Part shown: one piece after another, positions 39,894-53,929 of the stretch | How the letters are laid out: each line of letters begins with the position of its first letter | Numbering within the stretch: the stretch's first letter is position 1 | Notes under the pieces: generated by a model | Told to the model about the DNA's origin: nothing | The model's input: the letters and a program-made list of their open reading frames with translations, nothing else | Database searches by the model: none | Position numbers and translations under genes: made by a program | From: Octopus vulgaris | Lineage: Eukaryota | DNA length: 64,000 bases | Assembly: GCA_951406725.2 (NCBI GenBank) | Contig: OX597817.1 | Coordinates: forward strand, 104,718,001 to 104,782,000 | Direction of reading: 5' to 3'

Positions 39894-41229
39894 GTAAGTC
39901 AATGTTTGTCAATTTTTCCCTGTAGATTTTAGAATTGTGTAGTATGTGTGTATCATAAGTGGAGTAATCTATTTTATGTTAGAGTTAATCTAAGAGAGTA
40001 ATCTAACTTGCTTTAAAGTCCAAAATATCTTGTTTCACCTAAGTCATTCCTGGTCCTGCATACTTGTGATCCAACATATTCCAGCTATGACCATCATTGA
40101 TTAATGTGTCTGTACTTATTGAAGATGGCAGGGTGTGATTTGAAGGCAATTTGTTTAGTATTTCTAGTAGGGTGAATGACTATGTACCATGTAGAGAGTC
40201 CCTTATTGGCTCAAGATCAGATATATTCTTAATGTACTATCTATTTGAAACTTATTATGATTGGTTATAAATGATTATAATGTTCTATGTTCTTAGCTAC
40301 TTATGATATTATAAACTGGTCAAAATTCTCAGGAACTATTCATTTTCAGCTTGATGTCTGTGAGAAATGTTAGTGTCTGATGTCAAACTCTGCTGTGTTA
40401 GAGCTGTAACTCTTCAGCCTTTAAACTGGCCATATCCAGCCCAAATATTCTACCATGTTATATGGTGAAACTGGCCAAATCTAGCCTCTCACACCTACCC
40501 TGAAATGTCATTCTAAAAGTAAATGATCACATCTTCAAAATTTTGAAGCTACAAGATAATGCACGATTAATTCAGAAGAATATGAATGAATAAGCATTAC
40601 TTTCAACAGAAATTTAAATGCTAATGGCTAAAATATATCATGAGGGAATCTTTTCAATAATTACATATATTTAATCTGGTTATTTTAAACAAATAAATAT
40701 TCAGACAATTTCTTTTAATTAATTCAACAAATTTAACCTCCAGTGAAGTATCTCTAATTCTGTGTGTAATTGTTTTAAACTTAGAATCAAGAAAATTTAT
40801 GGTTTCATCTTTTAGCATTTAACTAGCCATATCTGACCCAAATATTCTACCACTTTTGCTTTCAAACCAGCCAGATCTGGCCTCTTGCACCCACCCTACA
40901 TTATCATTCTAAAAATAAACAATTACTTCATCAAAATCTTGAAGCTATGAGATAATGGATGATTAATTCAAAGCAATATGAGTAAATAAGCATTACAATT
41001 GACAGAGTAATCTGAATGCTAAAGGTTTAAACAAATGTATTTTTCAAACACTACATGCTAAAATTTAAATTTCATAGTAATTTTTATAATACACCCAATC
41101 ACTTCCGGTTACATTTGGCTTTATTATTTCAGCAAATGTAGCTAATTGACAGCAGAGAAAAACTATTAATATATATATGTATTTATATTTATGGGTAACA
41201 TGTTTTAACTGATTTTCATTATATTCCAG

Positions 41230-41289
41230 TGCATTCCATATACTCTGTTATCTAAGGAATTAGATCTTCCTAATTTAAGAGACTTGGAG
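41230..41289 (+). CDS. COPS7: COPS7 coding exon 4 (CIPYTLLSKELDLPNLRDLE)
   Basis: PCI-domain CIPY..L..EL...N.R.LE; ccag/gtaaga boundaries; 60 nt. Confidence 0.95.
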
Positions 41290-42635
41290 GTAAGATTAAT
41301 ATAATTTTGTTCCTTTACATCTCTGCTTTTGGATATTATATTTTCCAGTTTAAAAGTATTTTTTCACTATCTCTGACTTCCATAATTAATGAAATTTCTT
41401 TCATAATGTATATCCTCTTTTTGTTGCATTGTTAAACATTATACAGTATAATCATTTCTGTTGCATTATAAAAGTAACTTGGATTGGATGGATACTGTAA
41501 ACACAATTATTATAAGGCCAAATCATTCATGATTCAGTTTAATTAGGTTATCCCATGTTTTAGGTTTTTTTCCCCCATAATTCCTTGGCTAATTGATACT
41601 AGCTTGTCTATATCAAAACGTCCTCATCGACAACTAATCCTGAATTTTTTTTTGGTAGTAGCTTTTAAAGATTAGGAAATAATTGAGATAGAGGAGACAC
41701 CCTTATGCGAAACTCTCCTGAAATTGAACTCAAAGTTTATAAATGTAAGGCAAAGTTTTATGATACCCCCATACCCATGATCTCTCTAATTCCAGCTCTT
41801 CTTTGATGCTGTTTATTTTTCTTGGAACTATTTCACTTATCCATTCTTCATACATTAATACTGTTCTCTCCACCTACACTTTATATTAATAATCCCACCC
41901 CCCTCTCTCCTGCAACCTATGAAACCACTTATCATCTCCCTCAATCTTCTCCTGTCTACTGCATTATCATTACTTTTCTGCTGATCTACTTGTCAGTCAT
42001 CTCCTTCCTCCCCATCCCCTTAACTCATGTGTCATTCACTACATCTGCCCTTCAAACTTTCCCAGTTTTGACAGTGGTCACCTACCTTCCCTACCATCAC
42101 ATTCCCCATCTCTCACTCCCCCATACTCTCTTACAACTTTTACCCGCCCTGAGTCCCAGTCTCTTTATCCCACTCACTTCTACCCACTTCGTGCCTTGAG
42201 TGTCTACCCTGACACCTCATCACCACTATTTTTATCCCTTTCTACCCATTCACTTCCTCCTTTTCTAAAATTTGTGTAGTCATGTATCTTTTCTACAACA
42301 AGAAACATGCCCTGAACTAGTTCTTCTTTCATACTTTAAAGCTCTCCCTCGGGATTTGTAGTCTTGCAAGTGGCATGAAAATAGTAAAAGGGTTGGCATT
42401 AGGAAGAGCATCTAGCTGTAGAAACCATACTAAAGCAAATACTGGAGCATGATACAGTCCTTGGGCCCTTTGGAATCTGTCAAATCACCCAACCTATGCC
42501 AGCATGAAACATGGATGTTAAATGATGAGGATAGTGATGATGATTTTAAAATATTCAGTTTTTCATTTTTGTCATGTTCATATCGATTTTAAGATTTCCT
42601 AAGTATTTTTTAATAATGTATTTCTTTAATTTCAG

Positions 42636-42778
42636 GACTTAATTATTGAAGCTATTTATGCTGGCATCATCAAAGGGAAGTTAGATCAAAAAAATAAACA
42701 ACTTGAAGTAGATTATGCTATTGGGCGAGATATTCGTTCAGAAGCTATTCCAGAAATTATTTCTGTTTTACAAGAATG
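42636..42778 (+). CDS. COPS7: COPS7 coding exon 5 ([48 protein letters not shown])
   Basis: PCI winged-helix motif DLIIEA.Y..II.GKLDQ...LEVD..IGRDI; ttcag/gtatgc boundaries; ends in phase 2. Confidence 0.96.
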
Positions 42779-43583
42779 GTATGCTATTATCAATTATATT
42801 AATTTTGTAAACATCATATTACCAAATAGTGTACAATAAAATATGTATTACTCAAATACAATTCAGTTATAATTTTTGTTTGAGATAGAAAAGCCATTTA
42901 ATTTTGAAGTGTTCCCTTATATTTGTGATTGCATGATTCAGATAAAACCCTGTATACGTAGAGTAAAAGAGGGATGAAATACTTTGTCATTTACTATGAG
43001 TTCAAAGATCCACTTAAGTTACACATGTGTAACATGATTTTTGTCCTTGGGTACAACTGTTATTTTCTGTTTGGTTATCCCTAGAAAGTACAAAAAATGG
43101 CTAATATTTTCTTCAAACTTTGCTTTTGTTACAATATTTATTCAAACCCCCAAAGAATCCCTTTTAATATGTGGCTATGATACTCCCCACAACTTCCGCT
43201 CATGATCAGAGATGCACATATTGTCAGCCACCATTCAGTGCAAGCTTTTATAAAATAGAAATTTAATTTTGAAACCTATCTTTACTAAGATTTTTAAAAA
43301 ACTGAAGTTTTTAAATAAAACATTATTAATAAGTAGTTTATTAAAAAGTTATTGATTCCAATTATTTTTATTTTGATCTAAATTGTAATAACAATTCTTG
43401 ATTCACATAAGATTTCTTTATTATTGATCATACACTAGAATTAACTTCCGTTCTGCAAAAGGGATGCAAATATTATCTTTACATCGGTATTTCTTCCCAG
43501 CTTTCTCACCATTTGTAATCTTATGTCTGTAACCATTTAACTTTTAAGTCATTTTTTTATGTGTGCTTCTATTTTATTTACAG

Positions 43584-43689
43584 GTGTAACAGTTGTGATG
43601 CTGTGCTGAAGGGAATTGAAACACAAATAGTCAAAGCCAATAAACTTAAGGAGAAGAAATTAAAGACAAAACTCCAAATTGAAAATGAA
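43584..43689 (+). CDS. COPS7: COPS7 coding exon 6 (W-CNSCDAVLKGIETQIVKANKLKEKKLKTKLQIENE)
   Basis: WC..C.AVL.GIE.Q..KAN motif; tacag/gttagt boundaries; 106 nt. Confidence 0.94.
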
Positions 43690-44586
43690 GTTAGTGAGAA
43701 GCTATTTATTGACGTTTTAGGCATTCATATTTTATGTATATTTTTCCCACAAATTCACTAAGTAGATAATTGTTAGTTATCTAAAAACTTTTTCCCACTC
43801 AAAATGAAAATCCAGTTAACAGGGCCTTTGTATTTACTGTATAATGTATTGTGCTCCTTGATCCCATCCCCCTGCCAAAAAATTTTCCTTTCAGTAAGCA
43901 ATACACTACAACTTTTATCACTATATCCCCTTCATTGCAGTTATTTCATTTAAATTAGTATGTTCCTGCAAAAGAATATAACTTCTGATAAGCTGTCACA
44001 TATAAATTATCAACTGCTTTGTACATGGAATTTACATTTTCTACAAACTATTTACTCCTATCTATCAGTTTATAACCAATGTAACAAAATCTCTTTTTAT
44101 TTTTTCATAATCATCATCATTTATCATCAAACATCTGTTGTCCATGTTGACATGAGTTGGATGGCTTGACAGGAACTGGCAAGGCCAGGAGTTGCACAAG
44201 GTTCTATTGTCGATTTTGGTTTGGTTTCTACAGTTGGATGCCCTTCCTAATGCCAACCATTATACAGTGTACTGGATACTTTTTACATGGTACCATCACC
44301 AGTGCCTTTTTATGAGGCACCAGCATCAGTTCCTTTTACATGACACCAGCACCTACACCAATGCTTTTTATGGTGGCACCTTGGTCTTAGGAACTCAATT
44401 CTGTTGTGAGAATCATACTAAGGAACAAATTAATTGATTATGGATGTTGGAAATTATTTGAAAGATAATCATTGATGATAATTAAACAAAATTTGAAAAA
44501 AAATCATTTCTGTATCATTCAAAGCATTATTCAATGTTAAAACAGTATTTGTTTTCATTTGCTAAAAGTTTTTGCTTCATTTTCAG

Positions 44587-44711
44587 GTTGCAAATGTTAA
44601 AAAATCTCTAAAAAGTACTCAACAAGATCTTGATGAGCAGATGGTCACTGATTCACGGGAAGTTCCTGTATCAGGGGAGAAGGGAGGGAAAAAGTTAACA
44701 AAAATTAAAGG
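44587..44711 (+). CDS. COPS7: COPS7 coding exon 7 (VANVKKSLKSTQQDLDEQMVTDSREVPVSGEKGGKKLTKIK-G)
   Basis: V.N.KK.LK CSN7 C-terminal helix; ttcag/gtatgt boundaries; ends in phase 2. Confidence 0.9.
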
Positions 44712-45779
44712 GTATGTTGTTATATTATATTTCATACTTCACTTTGATATATGTTCTATAGATTTCAACACTATTCAAAATGTTTATATATTTTTTATTC
44801 TCAACATGAAATAATGACATTTTATCAAATATAATTGTGATATTATTTCACTCTTATTGTATTTTGACGTCTTTTTTTAAATTTATGATTTTATTACAAA
44901 TGGTATTAGAAAAACATTTTGTTTAAATTTTTTTTTTGATAATGAAATAACGTTCATTAGTGTAATTCTGTTTGAAAACATGGATTGAACATTATATGTT
45001 AATGCAAGTTTCCTATTGTAGATTCATTTTGTTATGTCTATTCCTTTACTAGGTCATCACTATTTCATATAGCTGCTTTGTTTTGATCCAAATTAATAAA
45101 TTTCTACTGTCTGGTAGCATTACCTATTATTTATACTCTTTTCTGTTGATACTAAATCCAATGGACAGGAACATCAGAATTTAGAAGGGTTGCTATATGA
45201 TTGCTGGTCACTCCATCACTTCCCTCTTTCCTTTACAGGTTTCATTATATCTAGCAGAAAGTCCTTTGCAGGCATAGTGACACATGTTGTTTATGGCTTG
45301 CTGTCAGATGGATACCTGTCATTTAAAATGTAATAGTATATCAAATGTACTTTTATTCATTTTGATTTGTTTAACAAAGGTAACAAGATGGCATTAGACT
45401 CAAAGGGAAATTGACGATTGTATATTATATATATATATATATTCAAGGAAATCTTGGTTGTGAAACCATTTGTCAGTAGAGGAGTTCTGTCAGTTTGTTT
45501 ATAGAATCTTTCAGCAAATCAATAATATATGCATGATTGAAAATTAATATTCACAGGAAAAGATATTTTATTTAAATATTTACCTCTAGATTCATACTTA
45601 CACAATGATGTTTTTTTTTATATATAGTTTTTGAAAAATTGGTCTTTGTGCTGTTTGTTGAATCAAAACTTTAAATGTTGGCATCATCTGTCATGATTCA
45701 TCAAAGGCATAAATATGCCATGACATGAGAGAGAGAGATCATGTCTTAAAGCTTTCAGTGAATTTTGGTTAATTTAAAA

Positions 45780-46016
45780 CACTGGTTCTCAACTGGGATC
45801 CGTATAAGATTTTGTTAAAATTTATCCACAATATAAACTGGTTATACTGCTACAATACACAAAATATTTTAAAATTTTTATACAATTCCTAAGTATATTT
45901 AATTATAAAAATACAGTTGGATTTTTTTTATTTATACATCAAATAGCTATGGAGGTCCAGTAGAGTAAAATAGGAATCACAGGGGTCTGTAGGTAAAACA
46001 TAGTTGAGAACCACTG
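45780..46016. mobile_element. hAT-type MITE
   Basis: TIRs cactggttctcaact and agttgagaaccactg, with a perfect 8-bp TSD atttaaaa (45772-45779, 46017-46024). Confidence 0.88.
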
Positions 46017-47024
46017 ATTTAAAATTATAATTCCAAATATATTTTGTTCTGAATTCTAAAATAAGATTGTTTGACAAAATTCAGTAGCTCCCAAAGCTAT
46101 TACATAAATGCATTTAGAAAAATGAAACATTTTTGTTTTTTGTAAATTAAAGCTTCTGGAAAAATTGAAACAAATATAGTCCACGAATTAGGAATTACAT
46201 CCAGCAATTATTCCCTTTAATCCAATTAAAATTATCTCATTTTTTATGAAGCAGATTAATCTGCTAATATTGGTATTTATCACAACTAAAGTGATGTTAA
46301 ATAGAGGAAGGATATTATTCAGCTTTGCTTAACTACAGAAAAAAAATTGCAATTTTGATCTAAATTTTCTTTATTGATGTACTGTACTACATAATACTTT
46401 TATAGATTTTTTAGCTAACATTTTATAGACGCCGGTGTAAATACCTTTCCTTTATACACTGTATCTTAGTGAAGAAAAAAGAGGTTCATCTAGATTAGTT
46501 TCAATCTTATATTGGGTATCATGAATAACTGAATATCCTTTCTAACTGACCATAGACACACTGCTTATAGACCCACAGTTACTGAAATTTAAATAAATTG
46601 GATTGACCAATGTGGATATGTAACACATTGTTGATAGTTAATTGGATTTATGAATTATTACTGTGTTGACTGTGTTTTATTTCTGTGTTGTACAGAATAC
46701 ATCTACAGATTTTTAACCAACACTATATATATATATACATAGACTGATGTAAATATCCACAAGGATATATATATAAAGATGTATTTTATATACATGGTGT
46801 TGGCTAAAAATCTACATTTATATTCTGTAGTACAGTATAGCTTTGAAATCATGGCATTACTTTTATCAAACATTTCATTGACTGACTTCTTATTGAAATT
46901 ACTGTTTACCAAACCTCAAAATGACTTCATTCAGTATTTTTGTAAATGTATTATTTTGTAGGATAATTTTATCTATGGAACTATTTGAAATATAAAATAA
47001 GTGCTACAGATGGCATATATTTTT

Positions 47025-47242
47025 TTAACCCTTTAGCCTTCAGATTTCTCTGTCAAATGTAATTCACATTGATATGATTTTAGCCATATTTAACCTTGTA
47101 GCTTTGGGATTTCAATAATGTGACTATTTATTTTTAGAATAATATTGACAGTAAGTGTGGAAGGCCAGATCTGGCCAGTTTGAAGATAATATAGGTAGAT
47201 TATTTTGGCCAGATATGGCTGGTGTAAATGCTAAAGAATTAA
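47025..47242 (+). mobile_element. piggyBac-type MITE copy
   Basis: ttaa-ccctttagcctt...aatgctaaagaa-ttaa. Confidence 0.75.
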
Positions 47243-49458
47243 ATATATATAATGTAAAATAATTCTATTTCTAGGACATTTGGTTGCAACCAATCAAAAG
47301 TTGTTTCATCACTGATTGGTTGAAAATTAGTCATATGATATGGAGAACAATTAAGCTTTGATAATTCTACCTTAAATTAATGAATAAAACATCCACACAC
47401 TTTTTCACATATGTACATATATACACTCTTACCTTCCTTATACTAATTTTAAAGTTGACTGGGGTTTTTTTTTAATAAATTATATAGAATTTAAGAAGAG
47501 TTTTGAATGGAAATTTTATTTTTGTCCTATATTAAATAATTTGTCTATTTTTAAGATCTATAGTACTTTATTTATATTAAAAATTATTTTATAGATAAAA
47601 AATATTTTACAAAACAGTAGTTTTATAAAATTCCTTCAATAAAAGAATCATAAAGCTATTTCTATAAAAAGTTATTTGATGAAAAATCATCTCAATAAAA
47701 AGCTTGTTTCAATGAAAATTTATTTGCAATGAAGTGTGTCATTCAGTAAAATATCATGGCATCCCCTGAAACACACAACACTTATTCACACACCAGTAAT
47801 TTGTTTACTGAATATTATTTTATTACTCTTGCCTCACATAAGACTAGGTCTTTATGTTCAATTGTTCAATATTCATGACGATAATGTTTAAATTCCCCTT
47901 CAAGCTGCAGTTAGGTCTTGTAAAAACAGTTTTGTTGTAACAAAATATGCAAAAGGTATTGTGAGTGATATATAAGTGTTAACTGTTTTAGCTTAAATTA
48001 TTGCAATTTCAATCCCTTTGTATGGTTACCTTTGTTAAAAACAGATCAGCAGTAACCTGCCTATCATATTGTTTTTATACATGACTGTTATGTTGCTACT
48101 TGGTCATATTCCTGTCCTATTCTCAAACTGTAAATGCTTCTGTAACTCAAGGACCAACTTTTCAATTATTCTTGCCATCTTCCTTTTGACTACTTACTCA
48201 AAAGATGCTTCTAATTTAGATTTCTAATGAAAGATTTTATAAATATAATTAATCATTTTTTAAGATTAATAAATGCTGTATGCTGGGAAGGCAGTCCACT
48301 CTCCTGCATAATTTATATAGTCATGTAGGCAGTAGGGAAGGAAAATAATGTAGTTATTTTCAATCATTGTTGAAGTTTCATTAGTATTAGCATTGGATCA
48401 TTACCAGAATAAATAACTATCATCTTCCCAATTTAATATGAGATTTATTATTATTTGATATATGCTCTATTTACTGTATGTTATAAAAAATTGCAAGGTT
48501 TTATAATTTTCAAAAAGGTGGTTACTAAAAGTATATACTTATTTGGGTTTGAGATATTAAGGGAAATGAATTATTCAAATCATTGAGATTCTTTCAAAAT
48601 TATAATTTGAAGACTATTTTTTATGTCTGTGATTTAAAAAGTAACAAAGGAGAGCTGTAGCAGTCTTCCCCAAATTTTTTAATTCTTTATAGCTGTCATC
48701 GGATTAAAATATGTTTCTGATTATTTGTGTTATTTTAGTTAGCAGTTTTTAAAAATATTTCATTGCTTAAATACATCATAATGTTGACGTGTAAAATCTC
48801 TGGTATAAATGAATCAACAATCATTCTGACAATGATATAGCACTGCTAGCTAAATGTTCATAAAATGAAAGACACTGTATAGTTAATGTTCTGTCATCCA
48901 ATTTTAAAAAAGGGGTCATTTGTACTTGATAACTAAAACAACTTATTCTACCTTGAGGACATTGCTCTGGGTTAGTAATGAGGAAGATTTGAAAATTTTT
49001 ATTTTTGAAACCTAAAATGTAATTGTGCTTCCTAATGGTATTATTTAGGGCATTTTCATATTTTAGGGTCATAATTTGCTATGGATGTTTTGTTATGGAT
49101 ACTGTGTTTTGTTGAAAGTATTTTGTCAGAATAGATGTAACATTTTAAATTAATTTCTTAAAGCAAATGTACCAAAATACAAGTATGGTTTTGTTTCACT
49201 GTTTCTTTCATTAAGCTGGGTGTCAAAAAGTGACCCTTAGTTTTAATAAACTTCAGTATTTTGCTGTTTGATTTAAAGTTATCATTGTTTCTATTGCTTT
49301 AACATGTCATATGCATAAAATTCCATTAATCTTATAGATTATTTTGATCACTCCTTTAACATGCTAAGTATTGTCATTAATTCTTTTTACTTTGCAATAT
49401 GTATTTTAAAAGTTATTGATCAATATTAAAAGGATATTATTCTGTTATTTCTTCACAG

Positions 49459-49474
49459 AAAGCGGCATAACTAA
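49459..49474 (+). CDS. COPS7: Candidate COPS7 terminal coding exon (G-KRHN*)
   Basis: Good acceptor ttatttcttcacag; phase-compatible; AATAAA at 49577 and 49607; gives a 257-aa protein. Alternative acceptors exist at 45239 and 46429. Confidence 0.45.
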
Positions 49475-50821
49475 GGAACAAAAACATCACGTCTCCTTTG
49501 ATACATTGAATTTTTATTACATAATGACTCATATTGAAGAAGAAATATTTTGTGTTGAAATTTTTTATTACCCTGTAATAAAGCAATCTTTTTGTTCTAT
49601 TGTTGGAATAAATTGACATATACTTGAATATTTTCTTCATTAGTTTTTTTTATATATATTTTGTATAAATTTTGGGTGATATGCAATTAATTGTTTATGC
49701 ATATTTAGCCAAAACTCTTGAATATATGTGTGGACAAGCACACAAACATTTGATGACATGGCTATAGTAATGCATGGGGTATTGACAACTATCAGAAACA
49801 AAATACAGTATTTAGTGGAAAAGTATTTTGCTAGGGAGAAAAATGCTAGGCTATATTTGAAGATAGATTCTGAAGGGGTTTTTTGTTTTGCATTTTGACG
49901 GTCTGGTTACAGCTGGAAACAAATATAAGCTATTGATAACTATGGGTATTGTCTTTTAGGTCTTCTTTTTAGAAAGACTTTCTTGAGAAGTAATTATTTT
50001 CAATAATGTAGACAATGCATTCATTAGAAAGTTTTTTTTTCCATTTTAAGACCTGATGAGGTATTGCTCATTATAAATCATGAAAGGATTACATTGTATG
50101 TAATATAAAGCACCATATATCATCACACTAAGTAAACTATAAAAATTGTTCCAGAGAAAAAGCACCAGTGTCAGAATGGTATGGTTTCTATGGTTCGATG
50201 TCCTCCTTAACGTTAATTATTTTACAGTGTGAAATGGGTGCTTTTTTTTTATGCCACCAGCACCAGTGACGTCACCAAGTAACTTACAAGACAGGAAAAG
50301 GTGAAAGTCCTTTTGACTAAGTAGGGGAAGTGGCTTTGTACCATATGTTGGGAAATTAAAGTATGATAGAGGAACAAGCACAGATGTCTCGCTATATGTA
50401 CATATAAATGTATAAAGGATTAAGACACTTCCCAAGTCATATTGACTCAGTTTCCCAGTTTCTGTGACACATATATTTCCCCCTGGATGGAACATCAGTC
50501 CATCTCAGGATCACTCATTTTTGCCAGCTGAGTGAACTGGAGCACAAAGAAATATTTTGCTCCAGAACAATGCATTGTCTGGTCCAAGAATCAAAACCAC
50601 AATTTTATGATCATGAGTCAAATACCCTAACTACTAAGCTACACACACACAATATTTTGTCCATATGGGTTCTCAAAAGAGAAACCAGTTTCAACAAAAC
50701 ATTGTTGTGAGCAGTTGCTATTAATATTATTTTGCCTCGACAATCAGTTTTATAGGTCTGACTCCATAAATACTCAACATATAAAACCAGCAATTATTTA
50801 TTTGTGTGTGTGTGTGTGTAT

Positions 50822-50868
<47 letters not shown>

Positions 50869-50869
<1 letters not shown>

Positions 50870-51300
50870 CTCTCTATATATAAACGGCAGTTTGTCTGTC
50901 TGTGTGTCTGTCAGGTTGTACCCTCACCCTGACCACGGCTTTCAACCGATTCTGATGAAACTTGACACACACATAGCCCAATGTCATAATTCAAAACTAA
51001 CGCAGCGAAAACTTTGCAAAGTTCCTCCAGTTCTGAAAAAGATCGATAAATTCGACATGGGGTCGAGAATCTAAGCTTTTTATATGCAACACATTTTCTG
51101 TCTAGGGGACACAACTCGACCTTTTTATCGCCCAAAGGGACAGCTAGGAACATCATATACACAGAAGTATTCGAGTGAAGAGAAGATATTGCAACCTGCA
51201 CATGCGCCTTCGTTCCCAAGAGGGAAAGGACTAGATTGGGATTAGTCGTTGCCTACTAGGGGCTCTTACATACCCGGGCAATGCCGGGCTATGCTGCTAG
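50869..51300 (+). mobile_element. Non-autonomous Helitron (432 bp)
   Basis: A|TC start (tctctctatatataaa), subterminal GC hairpin cccgggcaatgccggg (51273-51288) and CTAG|T end. Confidence 0.85.
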
Positions 51301-52404
51301 TATATATATATATATGTCTGTAGCTTCAGCTTACACTGATATTTTCTCCTGCATTAGATATGTAGTAAACTTGCAACAGCTGATAAATGGTAGCAAGTAT
51401 TGAATTGCTGTTGAAAATCTCAAGAGTCCTGAAAGTAAATGTTCCATGCCTATGTCATTTAATATATATATATATATGTTTGTGTGTGCTCTGCACCCTG
51501 TTGTCTCTCTGACATACTAGCCTTGTTTTACCTTCGACATAAAGAAATCTGGACAGGCAAAGTTCCTTGATAAGTGTAAGGTACACCACAGAAGGTAACT
51601 TACAACAGTTCTAGTTAATTTTTCCTTTTAATATCACATTGATGGAAGTATGTCATTCCTAGATGTTGCTAATAAATAGCTGCACAGCCATTCTCTGATA
51701 AATTTAGGGCCTAAAATTATTTACAATCTTAAAAAAAGAAAGAAAAAAAACGAGAAAAAAAGTCCTTGGTATATCAGATACAGTATCAGGACAACAAACT
51801 AATTTTAGAAATAAATAAGTATGTGTCCAGTGCTCTCCACCTTTTTTTTTAATTCTATGTTATGGCCCATGCCAGTGACATGTAAAAGGAAATTCTGCTG
51901 TTGTTGACGAGTCTTCTTGAGTGCAGTAATGCACCAGATATCTTAGTCCTTTTTCATCTCCTTCGTATATTATACATATAATCATATATATATATATATA
52001 TATATATATGTTGCATCAATCGATAATTCACATCTTCACTGCTTAATATTTTGATTTCAGTTTTAGACCATACATGAGTCACCATGCTTTTCATGAATCC
52101 TGTCTATTGCATCACTTGTTATTGCATTTAAATAGCAAACACATTCAAATGAAATAGACTAGATTGATAGTGAATGGCAAAGTCCTGGGATCATAGATAT
52201 CATAGCAACGATTCTACATTGATCTATCCCCGGAATATACAGAGAAACTGGTGCTTTAAACTATACAGAAATTTTACTAAAATTTCCAATGAAAGTAAGG
52301 GCAGCAACACTTATCTATTTTTATCAGAGTTACCTACCATGAAGCGGTTGTTAGCCTTCCCACTACCGATTGTGTTTTGTGATGCCAATAGACTCTACTC
52401 AACC

Positions 52405-52703
52405 ACAAAGAGGCTCGGTTTTAAGTCAATTAGATTTGTTCAAATTGGGCCCTGCACCAAGAGAAGGCCCCGTGGCAAGAGAGGGTCCCGCGTCAAGCCA
52501 GGACCCCATGTACATGCCCGGCTTAAAACTTTCATATGAGCTTTCAATTTTCAATATATCATCGTGGCTAATGGCAAAGCCTCAACACTTTTTGGCTGGG
52601 ATTACTGTACTACACAAAGTATAAAACATTAATCTTCAGTTTTTGTAGAGGGGTCCCACTGACAATTCTGTATTGGACCCCATATTTCCTTGCACTGGCC
52701 CTG
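52405..52703. mobile_element. Probable hAT-like MITE relic
   Basis: Right end ccttgcactggccctg (CAGGGCC-type TIR) and GGCCC-rich subterminal motifs; left TIR degraded. Confidence 0.4.
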
Positions 52704-53929
52704 ACCACAAATTATGGTTACTAGCGGGACCTGTGAATATTTCACAGAATTAATGGTAAACCTATTGGGTTATTTTTGAAAACTTTATCCAAAAAACGTT
52801 AAATTGCACCCTGTGTTGTATCTATATGAAAAGATAGTCACTCATCTGCTACTCATTGAAAAGTGAAAGAAATAAGAATATGATGATTACTAAATGCACT
52901 TTATATATACACATTTTATACATTATATGCACAATTTTATAGACTTCATACTCAGCACTCACAAAATAAATGTTCACTCTTATTTTTCCATTTTTCCTAT
53001 CAACAAAAAAAACATGATACAACCTTTAGCTAAATCGCTCGCTCTCTCTCTCCCTTTTCTCTTTCTCTCTCCCTACGTTTTTTAAACCTCACCATCAGAA
53101 AATCACCCCTCTGCTAAAATCATATTTTTAGCTCTCCTCTTCTACATTCAACTAAGTTTTTTAACCACATAATAAATATTATGTTCCCCCTACCTTACAT
53201 CATGGACACTTCTCTCTCGTTCTTTCTGTCTCACTCTTTGCCTCATCCTCTTTTTCTTTCTCCTCTTTCTCTTCAAATAATCACATGAAAACATTGCTAT
53301 TACATTCCTTCTACATCCTTCTTTTTGTCCCTCCCTCTTTTTTCTTTCTTTTTCTTTCTCCCTCCTTTTTCTAATTGTTACCGACGGGCTAGGTAACGCA
53401 ATGACAAGCAGAATTATTATGGGAAGAGAAGTTAATTTTGGATTAGACTCAAAACTATATACACCTTATGATCTTATCAGTGACATGTCTCTCATGCACT
53501 TATCCTGTTGCTAGTTTCCCCATACATTTATTCTGTTAGTTTTTATAAAAGTGTTGCGTTTTTAGAAACTAATTGAGAACATAATGAGCAGAAGCAAGCA
53601 GTTATGTAATATCAGATAGACAGGTCATGGACTAACATTCTCTTCCCCTATAAAATTTATGTTCTTGGGGAGGGCTTCCCAACCACATGATTCTGGGTTC
53701 GGCCCAACTGCATGGCACCTTGGGCAAAGTGTCATCTTCTATAGCCTCTGGATGATCAAAACATTGTGAGTGGATTTGGTTGAAGGAAACTGAAAGAAGC
53801 CCATCGTATATATATATATATATACTCTATTAATAAAGTATATTACTCTACCTCTGGTATTTGAGTACTATTTTTTCGACTTTGTTTCACATTTACGTGC
53901 TTACTCTGGTATATATATATATATATATA

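Noticed and set aside
50052-50090. CTGATGA...GAAA spacing like a hammerhead
   Set aside because: No convincing stems I-III; expected by chance in AT-rich DNA.
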